NCBI GenBank assembly: GCA_044224715.1
Contig: JBGAJV010000014.1
Location: 19,562 to 83,561, forward strand
DNA: 64,000 nt
Source of the DNA: Anaerolineales bacterium
Lineage (GTDB): Bacteria; Chloroflexota; Anaerolineae; Anaerolineales; UBA6663
Reading direction: 5' to 3'
Within the stretch, counting starts at the first letter, position 1, and each line of letters begins with the position of its first letter. The translations under genes were made by a program, and so were the position numbers. The notes beneath the pieces were generated by a model. It did not search any database. It was not told where the DNA came from and was given only the letters and a program-made list of their open reading frames with translations. Shown piece after piece: positions 38,531 through 47,439 of this stretch.

Positions 38531-41500
38531 TCAATCGGTTCCGCTGGCGTAACGGGCGCCGTTGCCGCCGGCCGAGCCCCCGCCGTTTTGCGAACTCAAC
38601 GTCGAGGTCCCACTGGCGGGCGGGCGGATCGGGAGCAGGACGTGGAAGGTCGTGCCACGCCCGGGCTCGCTGGTGAACCAGATCTTGCCGCCCTGGGCCT
38701 GGGTGAGGGCCTTGGCCAGCGCCAGCCCGACCCCGGTCTCGCCGAGCCCGGTCACGAGCGGCGAGTCGGCCCGGTACATGCGCGCGAACACGCGCGCCTG
38801 ATCGTCGGCCGTCACGCCGCTGCCCGAGTCGGTCACCGACACGAAGAGGAAGGGGCTGGCGCGTTCGCCGTCCTGGTGATCGCGGATGCGCAGCAACACG
38901 GCGCCGTCGGCCGGCGAGGCCGCGCCCGCGTTTTGCAACAGGTGGGTGAGGATCTGGCGCACCGCGTCGCGATCGGCCACGACGGTCGGCAGGTCGTCGG
39001 CGATGTCGAGCCGCAGGTTCAAACCCTTCTCGCGATACTGCGCCGCGCAGGCGTGGATGGCGTCGTCGACGACGTAGAGCACGTCGATCTTTTGCGGGTC
39101 GAGCCGGAGCGCGCCGCTGTCGAGGTCGGTCACGCGCATCAGGTCGTCGACCAGCACTTCCATGCGTTCGCACGAGGCTGTGACGCGCTCGAGGAATTTG
39201 CGCTGGAGCGCGCCGAGCATGCCGACCGATTCGCCGAGCAACAGATCCGAGTAGCCGCGGATCGTCGACATCGGCTGGCGCAACTCCTGGATGACCGAGG
39301 CGATGACGTCGAACGTCTCGCGCGTCAGGCCGGCCGGCGCGGCCTGGGCGGCCGCTGCGCGTTCGGCCAGCGACGCCTCGAGTTGGGCGACGCGCGCCTG
39401 CGCGGCCAACAATTCGTCTGTGGCGCGATGCTGGCGTTCGGACCCGAGGCGTTCGACCTCGCGGTCACGCGCGGCGAGTTGATCGTTGGCTGCGGCCAGG
39501 GCCTGCGACAGGCGGCCGAGCTCGAGCTGCAGCGCGCCGATCCCCTCGGCGCCGCCGGCCTCGAGCGCGTGCCCGGCTGCCTGGATCCCGGCAAGCTGTT
39601 CGCGGAGCGACTCGACCTCGGTCTTCAATTCCTTTTCCTGGCTCAACAGGAATTCGTAATCGAGCTGCCGGGTCGCGGCCTTCCATTGCTGGGTCTCGAG
39701 TTGTTCGCGGAGCGACTCGACCTCGGTGCGGTGTTGCGCGCGCTCGTCTTCGAGGGCGGGCGGAGGGGTAGGCAGGTCGAGCCCGATCGGCTTGGTCTTC
39801 TGGGCGCCGCCTTCCATTTCCTCGACGCGGGCTTGCAACGCCTGCGCCTGTTGCGCGAGGCGGGCGGCTTCCCCTTCGGCCGTGGTAACGCGATCGCGCC
39901 AGGCTGTGGCCTCGGTTTGCGCGCCGGCCACGATCTCGCGCAGGGCGTCGGCCTCGGCCCGCGCCTGGCTGAGCTCGCGCTCGGTCGCCTCGGCGCGCTC
40001 CTGCAGTTCGTTGAGCTCGGATTCGGCCGCGGCGGCGAGGTCGCGCAATTGCTGCAGCTCGGCGCTGGGCACGGTGTTCGAGGCGGTGAGCGCGCCGGCG
40101 AGCGCCGCGCCGGTGAGCGTTGCGCCCTCGACCGGCGGCTGGGCGCGATCGGCCAGGCTCTCGCGAAGCTCGAGGATGCTTTCGTGAAGCGCGCCGGCCT
40201 CGCCGCGGGCGTTGTCGAGCGCGACCGAAAGCTGGTCCGCCTCGCCGCGGGCGGTCCGACGCGCTTCTTCGGCGCGGTTCAGTTCGGCCGTCAGGCGTTC
40301 GATCTCGCGTTCGAGTGCGAGGCGATCGCCGTCGACGTCGCGCAGGGCGGCGCGGGCCGGCCCGAGCAGCGCGGAGAGCACGCCGGTGTCTGCGTCCGAG
40401 AAATCACGGCCCTCGGTGTTGACCAGCACGATCGCGCCAAAGCCGTCGCCGACGGCGCCGGGCGCGTGGATGGGCGCGACAAGCCCCGGGCCGATCTTCG
40501 ACAGGCCGGCTGCCCCAACCAGAGCCTGCAGCTCCTCGGCGGCCGAGGCAGGGTTGAGATGGACGGGTGTGCCGCCGGCCAGGGCGACGCGGGTGCGGGC
40601 CAGGGCCGCGGCCTCGAAGAGCGAGCCGGGCAGGCCGAGATCGTCGGCCTTGTCGTAGGCGCCGAGCAGGCTGGCCATGCCGGCGCCGTCCGGCGGGCTG
40701 ACGACCAGGGCGATGTCTGCGTCGCAGGCGAGCGCCGCGGCGCGGGCCAGCGCCTGGGCCAGCTGCGGCAGATCCTGATTGAGACCGAGCGTCGCCAGCG
40801 CGTTGGCTGTGCGCGCGGTCAGTCGCGGTTCATGCTCGGGCGGCGGCGCCGGCTCGGTCTTGCTTTCGACCGGGGCCGCGGCGGGTTGCATGGCCATGGG
40901 CGTCGCGCCGAAGGCATAGGCGAGCAGCAGCGGGTAGGCCAGCAACTCGGCCAGGCGCAGGAAGCCGGCGACGTTGAGCTCGCGGATGAACAGGACGTTG
41001 TGGAGCGCGTTGCCGATCAACAGCAGCCCGATCAGCACGAAGCTCAACCCCCAACGGTCGGGTCGGGGTCGGCCGGTCGCGAATCCGATGCCGACCCTGA
41101 CGGTCAGCCAGAGCAGGCCGATGCCGGCCACGACGATCTGCCCGGTCGACCAGTAGGCGTCCAGCGGTGTCGCGTTGAAGCCGCTGACGGTGCCCGCGCG
41201 CGCGATCCAATCGGGCCAGGTCAGCGCGAGGCCGACACCGGTTGCCGCGAGCAGCAAGAGCGCGAAGATGTCGACCCAGCGCGAACCGCGCGGCGCCAGA
41301 ACCTGCCAGAGGAGCAGGGCGAGGGTGATGGCCGTGATGCCGCGACTGAGCGGCGGCACGACGTAGATCGCGTTGATCAGGCCGAAGGCGCCCAACAGGA
41401 CGGCCACCAGGCCGACGGCGTGAACAATGAAGAGGGCGTTGAGGGTAAGCGCGAGGCGGCCGAGCCCGACGCCGGTGCGGCGCCACCAACCGGCCAGTGC

Positions 41501-41614
41501 CAACAACCCGGCTGACTCGATCGCAAAGAGGGCCACCAGGTGGTAGACGTACGCGCCCGGGGGCTCACTGATCTGAACGATCGCACGAGTCAGGGCATCG
41601 AGGAGGACGTCCAT
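38531..41614 (-). CDS. Multi-TM, GAF-like, long coiled-coil histidine-kinase-like protein lacking the H-box histidine
   Basis: About 9 N-terminal TM helices and a ~330-aa coiled coil (EVESLREQL occurs twice). DHp block reads SVIQELRQPMSTIRGY, with Gln (nt 39287-39289) where SHELRTP has His. HATPase_c has N, G1 and G2 boxes. Confidence 0.8.
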   Translation of the reverse strand: MDVLLDALTRAIVQISEPPGAYVYHLVALFAIESAGLLALAGWWRRTGVGLGRLALTLNALFIVHAVGLVAVLLGAFGLINAIYVVPPLSRGITAITLALLLWQVLAPRGSRWVDIFALLLLAATGVGLALTWPDWIARAGTVSGFNATPLDAYWSTGQIVVAGIGLLWLTVRVGIGFATGRPRPDRWGLSFVLIGLLLIGNALHNVLFIRELNVAGFLRLAELLAYPLLLAYAFGATPMAMQPAAAPVESKTEPAPPPEHEPRLTARTANALATLGLNQDLPQLAQALARAAALACDADIALVVSPPDGAGMASLLGAYDKADDLGLPGSLFEAAALARTRVALAGGTPVHLNPASAAEELQALVGAAGLSKIGPGLVAPIHAPGAVGDGFGAIVLVNTEGRDFSDADTGVLSALLGPARAALRDVDGDRLALEREIERLTAELNRAEEARRTARGEADQLSVALDNARGEAGALHESILELRESLADRAQPPVEGATLTGAALAGALTASNTVPSAELQQLRDLAAAAESELNELQERAEATERELSQARAEADALREIVAGAQTEATAWRDRVTTAEGEAARLAQQAQALQARVEEMEGGAQKTKPIGLDLPTPPPALEDERAQHRTEVESLREQLETQQWKAATRQLDYEFLLSQEKELKTEVESLREQLAGIQAAGHALEAGGAEGIGALQLELGRLSQALAAANDQLAARDREVERLGSERQHRATDELLAAQARVAQLEASLAERAAAAQAAPAGLTRETFDVIASVIQELRQPMSTIRGYSDLLLGESVGMLGALQRKFLERVTASCERMEVLVDDLMRVTDLDSGALRLDPQKIDVLYVVDDAIHACAAQYREKGLNLRLDIADDLPTVVADRDAVRQILTHLLQNAGAASPADGAVLLRIRDHQDGERASPFLFVSVTDSGSGVTADDQARVFARMYRADSPLVTGLGETGVGLALAKALTQAQGGKIWFTSEPGRGTTFHVLLPIRPPASGTSTLSSQNGGGSAGGNGARYASGTD

Positions 41615-41744
41615 ATTAATCCTGAGCGGCGCCGCGATTATAGCATGCCGACATCCGCAAGAGCCGTGCGGTGGGCGCAAAGTTTGACATGCCACGACCT
41701 TTTCGTTATACTTGCTCCGCTGTCTGAATCACCGACAGCGGACT

Positions 41745-41828
41745 GCCGAAGTGGCGGAATTGGCAGACGCGCCACGTTCAGGGCGTGGTGGCCGTAAGGC
41801 TGTCTGGGTTCAACTCCCAGCTTCGGCA
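41745..41828 (+). tRNA. tRNA-Leu (anticodon CAG), long variable arm
   Basis: GCCGAAGTGGCGGAATTGGCAGACGCGCCACGTTCAGGGCGTGGTGGCCGTAAGGCTGTCTGGGTTCAACTCCCAGCTTCGGCA. Anticodon loop is TTCAGGG. Confidence 0.9.
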
Positions 41829-41832
41829 CCTC

Positions 41833-41867
41833 AAGATCCCGGCTCAAAAGGCCGGGATCTTTATTTT
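41833..41867 (+). terminator. Rho-independent terminator after tRNA-Leu
   Basis: 11-bp stem aagatcccggc / gccgggatctt followed by tattttc. Confidence 0.75.
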
Positions 41868-42024
41868 CTGGCACGGGAGATGCACGAAACAGGCCAGGTG
41901 AATGCGCGGTAGCGCAGGAGCGCACGGAGCGCGAGAGCGTGAGCGCGTGTTGAGTCGCAGTCGCGTGGTCGCACTCGCGCCCCCGCGCCCCCGTGGGCAA
42001 TTCGGTGTATAGTCAAGACGCGAT

Positions 42025-42432
42025 ATGGCAGAAGAAAACGCGAGCAAATCCAACGGGGCCTGGACCCCAAAACAGATCGGGTTGCTGGTTCTTGCGGCCC
42101 TTGGGCTGATGATCGTGGTCGACTTCAGTCAGCGCCTGGCTCAGTCGCAACAGCGTGTCGAGCAGAGCCAGCTGGTGGCCTCCGAGGTCGCGTTACTCGA
42201 AGCCGAGCAATCGGCGCTGAAGACCCAGGTCGCCTATGCGACGACCGATGCGGCCGTGATCGCGTGGGCGCACTCTGCCGCCAAGATGGTGCAGGGTGAT
42301 GAAGTGCTGGTCGTGCCCGTGATCCCCACGGGCGCGCCGACGCCGTTGCCGACGCCGCTGCCCTTGCCGACGCAGGCGCCGAATTACCAATTGTGGGTCC
42401 AAGCATTCGTGGAGTCGGCGCCAAAGCCTTGA
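42025..42432 (+). CDS. FtsB/DivIC-like septum formation initiator (single TM plus coiled coil)
   Basis: One TM helix (IGLLVLAALGLMIVV) followed by a leucine-zipper-like segment (QLVASEVALLEAEQSALKTQV). Pro-rich tail. Confidence 0.5.
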   Translation: MAEENASKSNGAWTPKQIGLLVLAALGLMIVVDFSQRLAQSQQRVEQSQLVASEVALLEAEQSALKTQVAYATTDAAVIAWAHSAAKMVQGDEVLVVPVIPTGAPTPLPTPLPLPTQAPNYQLWVQAFVESAPKP

Positions 42433-42489
42433 CTCATCGTCTTGGTCGTGATATTCTTCACAGACGCCAAGTGACCGGCGTCATATTGA

Positions 42490-42561
42490 TGCGGGGTAGA
42501 GCAGAGGCAGCTCGTCGGGCTCATAACCCGGAGGTCGCAGGTTCGAATCCTGTCCCCGCTA
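42490..42561 (+). tRNA. tRNA-Met (anticodon CAT), initiator-like
   Basis: GCTCGTCGGGCTCATAACCCGGAGGTC closely resembles the E. coli tRNA-fMet anticodon arm, with three G-C pairs next to the loop. Position 1:72 is unpaired (T:T). CCA is not encoded. Confidence 0.8.
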
Positions 42562-42568
42562 CTGAGAA

Positions 42569-42606
42569 GGCCTGGAGTTCTCGAAAACTCCAGGCCCTTT
42601 TGTTTG
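42569..42606 (+). terminator. Rho-independent terminator after tRNA-Met
   Basis: 11-bp stem ggcctggagtt / aactccaggcc followed by cttttgtttg. Confidence 0.75.
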
Positions 42607-42815
42607 CCTCACAGACTCTCTTGGCGCCCATGACTTGCGGTCGCACGACCGACTCTCTCCCAGTTGCGAATCGGAGACCAGCGGGCTATTCACGCAACGG
42701 TAGTGAGATCGGTCTGTCCCCGCCTGAAGGACACATGATCGGGGCAACTGCGTGATGGCCATCAGACGGTTCTCGGTCCCCACACCGGCGGAGCCGTCAT
42801 GATCAGCGAGGGTCT

Positions 42816-43184
42816 TTAGAACAACCCGTTTGTGTGAACAGGGGCAACGTTTCCGAGGTCGTGCTCGACGCAGTCCCAATGCTCCGCCAGCTTTCCGTCT
42901 TCAATGCGGTACATGTCAAACACCTTGTTGATCATCCCATTGGTGCCCAGGGTGCACTTGAAGAACACGCACACCATGTCGCCATCCGCCAGGATGTGGA
43001 GGATGTCCATACGGGGTTTCATCGTCAGGAATTTCTCGCTGAATCGGCGAAACCCTTCTCTTCCATCCTCGACCTGCGCGTTGTGCTGCTTGTAGTCTTC
43101 GCGCATGTAGAGATCCAGACGGCTGGTATCCCATCCATTGAAGACTTCTTCATAAAACTTCAGCACCAGTTCCTTGTTTGTCAT
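42816..43184 (-). CDS. SnoaL-like / NTF2-fold protein
   Basis: MTNKELVLKFYEEVFNGWD...YKQHN...AEHWD is the SnoaL-like ester-cyclase pattern. It is visibly less GC-rich than its neighbours. Confidence 0.7.
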   Translation of the reverse strand: MTNKELVLKFYEEVFNGWDTSRLDLYMREDYKQHNAQVEDGREGFRRFSEKFLTMKPRMDILHILADGDMVCVFFKCTLGTNGMINKVFDMYRIEDGKLAEHWDCVEHDLGNVAPVHTNGLF

Positions 43185-43244
43185 GCTTCTTATCCCCGAG
43201 ACCTGACTCGATGACCGGCCCTTCGTTCAGCGATGTGCCGTGAC

Positions 43245-43895
43245 TCACTCGGTTCGACGCCGGCGACGGACCACGCCGGCAGATGCAGCCGTCGCAAAAG
43301 TGCCCACAGGGATTGGGGCATCCGGCAGCCTGGGCTTCACGGGGCCGGACTTGGCGATCGCGCCCTGCGGGCAGACCCTCAGGCATTCGCCGCAGCGCGT
43401 ACAGCGTGCCTCATCGACGACGGCGATCAGGCCCGGGCCGCCGGCGATCGCGCCGACCGGGCAGGCCTTGATGCACGCCGTATCGCCCTGGCACCGATCG
43501 GGCAGGCAGATCACGCTGATGTACGCCTTGCATACAAGCGCCGCACAGCGTTTGCGGTTGCAGTGCGCATCCCACTCGGCTGCGTAGCGATCGAGGCTGA
43601 ACAGGACGCCCCGCGCGGCCGTCAGCGCCGCGTCGCAATCGCCCATCGCCGCGATGTACTCGACGACGTCGCGCAGCATGGCCAGGTCACCGGGCTGGCC
43701 GGCGCCGGTTGTGATGTCTGTGATGATCGCCTGCACCTGCGTCAGGCCGTCGCGGCAGGTGACCGATCGGCCGCAGCTGGTCTGCCGGGCCTCGGCCACG
43801 CGCTCGCGCGCCCACTCGACCGGGCACACGCCCTCCGCGAGTGGCGCGAGTGTTTCTGTAACTGGCTGTTGCTGAAGGTCGATGTCGGTCGACAT
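43245..43895 (-). CDS. Fe-S protein: NuoF C-terminal-like domain (degenerate Cys motif) fused to a 2x[4Fe-4S] ferredoxin domain
   Basis: SCGRSVTCRDG...GDCDAAL resembles the NuoF 4Fe-4S domain (canonical SCGxCxPCREG) but lacks the middle Cys. C-terminal CQGDTACIKACP and CTRCGECLRVCP. Confidence 0.6.
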   Translation of the reverse strand: MSTDIDLQQQPVTETLAPLAEGVCPVEWARERVAEARQTSCGRSVTCRDGLTQVQAIITDITTGAGQPGDLAMLRDVVEYIAAMGDCDAALTAARGVLFSLDRYAAEWDAHCNRKRCAALVCKAYISVICLPDRCQGDTACIKACPVGAIAGGPGLIAVVDEARCTRCGECLRVCPQGAIAKSGPVKPRLPDAPIPVGTFATAASAGVVRRRRRTE

Positions 43896-43904
43896 GGCGC
43901 GCCC

Positions 43905-44585
43905 CTATTTCACCGCGTACTCGGACCAGATGCGCGACTCTCGGAAGATCCCGAACTGATCTTGCAGAGCGCCCGTCGGGCAGACGGCGACGCAGGCCGA
44001 ACAGAAGCGGCAGCCGGCCTCGCCGAGCGGCACGTCGCCGGCCGTGCCGACGTAGACCTCGTCGCCACGGCGGTTGAAGCCGAGGATGCCGACGCCGCGC
44101 AGGTCGTCGCAGGCGCGCACGCAGCGCCCGCATTGGATGCAGCGCTCCATCTCGCGCACGACAATCGGGTTGTCGACGTTGAGATGATCCGTCTTCCGTG
44201 ACGTGACGCGCATGCGCGAGTGAACCGTGCCCAGGTACTGGATCATGGCCTGGAGCTCGCAGTTCATGTAGCGCTTGCAGCTGACGCAGTCCTTGGGGTG
44301 GCCGGCGAGCATGAGCTCGAGCGCCACCTTGCGGCGTTGCAGCAGCGCCGACGATTTGGTGACCACCTGCAGCCCTTCGGTGGCGGGCAGTTCGCAAGAG
44401 CAGACCACGCCGTCTCGGCCGGCCACTTCCACGACGCACAGCTTACAGTTCGCCTGCGGCGGCAGATCCGGATGGCTGCACAAATGTGGAATGTAGATCC
44501 CGGCGTCGAGCGCGGCGTTCAGGACGCTCTGCCCCTGCTTCGCGCTGATCGTCTTGCCATCTACGGTGAGGGTCACCCGATCCAT
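43905..44585 (-). CDS. NuoG/HydA-N-terminal-like Fe-S electron-transfer protein (2Fe-2S, His-ligated 4Fe-4S, two 4Fe-4S)
   Basis: MDRVTLTVDGK...C..x..CKLC...C; HPKDCVSCKRYMNC; CIQCGRCVRAC; CRFCSACVAVCP. No catalytic domain follows. ATG at 44585. Confidence 0.7.
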   Translation of the reverse strand: MDRVTLTVDGKTISAKQGQSVLNAALDAGIYIPHLCSHPDLPPQANCKLCVVEVAGRDGVVCSCELPATEGLQVVTKSSALLQRRKVALELMLAGHPKDCVSCKRYMNCELQAMIQYLGTVHSRMRVTSRKTDHLNVDNPIVVREMERCIQCGRCVRACDDLRGVGILGFNRRGDEVYVGTAGDVPLGEAGCRFCSACVAVCPTGALQDQFGIFRESRIWSEYAVK

Positions 44586-44603
44586 GTCGACTGCTTCTCC
44601 ATC

Positions 44604-44650
44604 AGAAAAAAAGCGAAGCCGGGTGGGCAACGGGCCCACCCGGCTTCGCT
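44604..44650 (-). terminator. Strong intrinsic terminator or attenuator between the flavoprotein and Fe-S genes
   Basis: 17-bp stem agcgaagccgggtgggc / gcccacccggcttcgct with a 5-nt loop. The minus strand has a T7 run after it. Confidence 0.75.
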
Positions 44651-44655
44651 CTGCG

Positions 44656-46134
44656 TTACGCCGCCACGGTCTCCAGCGAGTTGATGAACTCCGCGGCCTG
44701 TTCAGCGGCCAGCCGACCGGAGTTCAGGGCGAAGCCCATCGTGTTGCCGGGCAGGTAGTACAGGTACGTCCCTGCGTACAGATCGCACACGTCCGAGCCG
44801 GCGGCGTAGAGGCCGTAGAGCTTCTTGCCTTCCTGCGTCAGAACCTGGTAGTGCGAGTCGATTTTGATGCCGCCCAGCGTGCCGTACGCGCCGGGTACGA
44901 TGCGCAGGATGTAGAACTTCTTGCCCTCGAGCGGGGTCAGGAAGCGGCGGTCCTTGCAGAAGAGATCGTCGTAGTGCAGGGCGCAGCTCTCGTTGTACTC
45001 CGCCAGGGTCTTCATGAACGTTTCGACGTCGATGCCCATCAGGCGCGCGGCCTCTTCAGGCGTGTCCGCGATGGAGGCTTCGCCCGGGAACTGCGTCATG
45101 GCCTTCTGCATCCAGGCTTCAGCGTCGGCGGTGTAGTCGGCCTTGATCACGCCGTTGACCCAATCCACGCCCTGCTTGCGATAGAGGTCGAAGATGTTGT
45201 CGGTGCTGAACACGTACAGGCAGCGGTCCGACTGGCGCACCGAGACGTTGGCCGTCACGGCCGTGTTCTGCAGCACAGCCTCATCCATCACGCGCTTGCC
45301 TTCTTTGTTGACGATCAGGCTGCGCGGCTGCTGCATGGCGATGGTGTAGACAAACCCGGCCAGCATGTGCACGTGGCCACAGTCCATGATCATCTCCATG
45401 TCCATGTTGCCCTTGCCGGCCCCGGCCTCCCAGGCCATGCGCAGACCGTCGCCCGTCAGGCCCGGGATGCGGAAGTTGAACATGTCCTTCCCGTAGGTGA
45501 AGCCGCAGTGCTCCTTGATCATGTCCGGGTTGTCGCCGAAGCCGCCGGTGGCGATGAGCGTCGCGGCGGCCTCCACCTCGTATTCCTCGCCGTCCTTGCT
45601 CTTGGCCACCAGGCCGACGACGTCTTCGCCATCGCGCGTGAGCTTCACGGCGGGCGTGTCGAAGTAGAAGGTCACGCCCAGCTCGACCGCGCGTTCGTAC
45701 ATCAGCTTCATCATGGTCGAGGCGCAGCGCGGCCCCGGGTGGCTCCCGTCGGCGGGCTGGACCACATGCCAGGTGGCGTGGCCTTCGGGGTAGTACTTCA
45801 TCGCGCCAACGAAGCGCACGCCCATCTTCTCGAGCCAATCGATGGTGTCGGCGGACTTCCAGAAGTAGTCGCGCACCATGCGCGCGTCCACCTGCCAATG
45901 GGTGTAGTCCATCATCAGCTTGAACGCTTCTTCTTTGGTCAGGCCGATCATCGATTCCTTCTGGATCCGGCTCTCGACCGCGAACGGTCCCATGCCCATG
46001 TTGGACGTTCCACCGGGCACGCTCGACTTCTCGAACACTGAGACGTTCAGCCCCTTCTCGGCGCCGGTGATGGCGGCGGCAATGCCCGCCGGACCTGCGG
46101 CGATGATGGCGAGATCGGTTGTGATTTTCTTCAT
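44656..46134 (-). CDS. FAD-dependent oxidoreductase (FAD_binding_2; fumarate/urocanate-reductase-like flavoprotein)
   Basis: N-terminal dinucleotide fold DLAIIAAGPAGIAAAI..EK....GGTS. ATGGFG block. C-terminal GLYAAGS. Confidence 0.75.
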   Translation of the reverse strand: MKKITTDLAIIAAGPAGIAAAITGAEKGLNVSVFEKSSVPGGTSNMGMGPFAVESRIQKESMIGLTKEEAFKLMMDYTHWQVDARMVRDYFWKSADTIDWLEKMGVRFVGAMKYYPEGHATWHVVQPADGSHPGPRCASTMMKLMYERAVELGVTFYFDTPAVKLTRDGEDVVGLVAKSKDGEEYEVEAAATLIATGGFGDNPDMIKEHCGFTYGKDMFNFRIPGLTGDGLRMAWEAGAGKGNMDMEMIMDCGHVHMLAGFVYTIAMQQPRSLIVNKEGKRVMDEAVLQNTAVTANVSVRQSDRCLYVFSTDNIFDLYRKQGVDWVNGVIKADYTADAEAWMQKAMTQFPGEASIADTPEEAARLMGIDVETFMKTLAEYNESCALHYDDLFCKDRRFLTPLEGKKFYILRIVPGAYGTLGGIKIDSHYQVLTQEGKKLYGLYAAGSDVCDLYAGTYLYYLPGNTMGFALNSGRLAAEQAAEFINSLETVAA

Positions 46135-46221
46135 GGTGCGCCTCTTTGAGTGATTCTGAATGGACTGACCACAGGCTGCGCCCGTCGTGCGGACGCCAGT
46201 CGTTGTTCCTTCGCGTGTTCC

Positions 46222-47322
46222 CTAATCCGGGAAGCCGTTCCAGCGCGGCTCGCCCGTGTACTCGCGCGCCGTCTCGACGCCGCTCAGCACGCGGATGGCC
46301 CCGGCGGCCATGGCTTCAAGTTCGAACTCCCCCGGATACGCCGACACGGGCGCGATCCAGGAGCAGGCGGCTTCGATCTTCTGAACGAGATCCTGGTTGT
46401 GGACGAGGCCTCCGCCGAGGAGGATGCCGTCCACCTTGCCCTTGAGCACCGTGCTCATCATGCCGATGTGCTTGACGATCTGGTAGATCATGGCGTCCCA
46501 GGCCCGGGCCGCCGCGGCGTCTCCAGTCGGGATGCGGACCGCCGTGACTTCCTTGAGGTCGGCGGTGCCGAGCAGGCTGACGAACCCGCCCGACTTCGTG
46601 CACAGGTCGCGGGCGGATTTGACGTCGTGATCCTTCAGGTAGTCGAGCAGCTCCGCCACCGGGATCGACCCGCAGCGCGTCGGAGTCAGCGGCCCGTCGC
46701 CGCCGACGATGTCGTTGCCGTCGATCATGCGGCCCTTCTCGTGGGCCGAGATCGAGATGCCCCCGCCGATGTGGCAGACGATGAAGTTGCAGTCTTCGTA
46801 GCTGCGCCCGATCGTCGCCGCGTGGCGGAGCGCGGTCTCTTTCAGGTTGAGCGCGTGCAGGTGGCATCGGCGATAGACGCCCTTGATTCCCGTCATCCGG
46901 GCCAGGTCGCAGAACTCGTCGGTGTCCGGCGGGTTGACCACGTAGGCCGGCTTGTGGTGCCGCTTCGCCAGTTCGTCGGCCAGCTGGCTGCCCAGTTGGG
47001 CCGGGTGCTGCACGCCGTTGGCGCCCCGTCGCGCGTGATCGATCAGGGTCGGGCCGATCGCGTACACGCCGCCTTCGACCGGCAGCAGCCCGCCGCCGCG
47101 CCCGACGAACGCATCGACGTCATCGAGCGTGATGCCGCGCTCGGCGAGCTGGCGCAGGATCGTGTCGCGTCGGTACGGCAGCTGGTCGCTGATCGTCGCG
47201 AACGATTTCAGGTCCGCGGCCGAGTGCTCGACGTTCGCCTGGAACACGATCTCGTCGCCGCGAAACAGGCCGACCTTGGTTGAGGTCGAGCCCGGGTTGA
47301 TCACGAAAATCGTCTCTGCCAT
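46222..47322 (-). CDS. buk: Butyrate (short-chain acyl) kinase
   Basis: MAETIFVINPGSTSTKVGLF (ASKHA phosphate-1) with butyrate-kinase-like length and blocks. ATG at 47322 with an AGGAAG RBS; an alternative GTG is at 47328. Confidence 0.85.
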   Translation of the reverse strand: MAETIFVINPGSTSTKVGLFRGDEIVFQANVEHSAADLKSFATISDQLPYRRDTILRQLAERGITLDDVDAFVGRGGGLLPVEGGVYAIGPTLIDHARRGANGVQHPAQLGSQLADELAKRHHKPAYVVNPPDTDEFCDLARMTGIKGVYRRCHLHALNLKETALRHAATIGRSYEDCNFIVCHIGGGISISAHEKGRMIDGNDIVGGDGPLTPTRCGSIPVAELLDYLKDHDVKSARDLCTKSGGFVSLLGTADLKEVTAVRIPTGDAAAARAWDAMIYQIVKHIGMMSTVLKGKVDGILLGGGLVHNQDLVQKIEAACSWIAPVSAYPGEFELEAMAAGAIRVLSGVETAREYTGEPRWNGFPD

Positions 47323-47344
47323 GTTCACTTCCTGGCCGGCTCAT

Positions 47345-47430
47345 GGACACGGAGGACACGGATCTGCACGGATGACACAGATCGTTTGAAGTTCCGTGTC
47401 ATCCGGCTTTTTCCGAGAGATCCGTGTACG
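47345..47430. repeat. Sub-repeat-built palindromic element (CACGGAT type) between ptb and buk
   Basis: ggacacggaggacacggatctgcacggatgacac ... gtgtcatccggctttttccgagagatccgtgtacg. Confidence 0.75.
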
Positions 47431-47439
47431 TCTCGCGTC

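Noticed and set aside
38588-41515. 975-aa ORF on the plus strand
   Set aside because: It is fully antisense to the kinase-like gene. It is Arg/Gly/Ala-rich with no recognisable motif, which is typical of a shadow ORF in high-GC DNA.
42605-42815. Possible att site or island junction next to tRNA-Met
   Set aside because: I found no copy of the tRNA 3' end and no integrase by eye in the window. It is kept only as a compositional observation.
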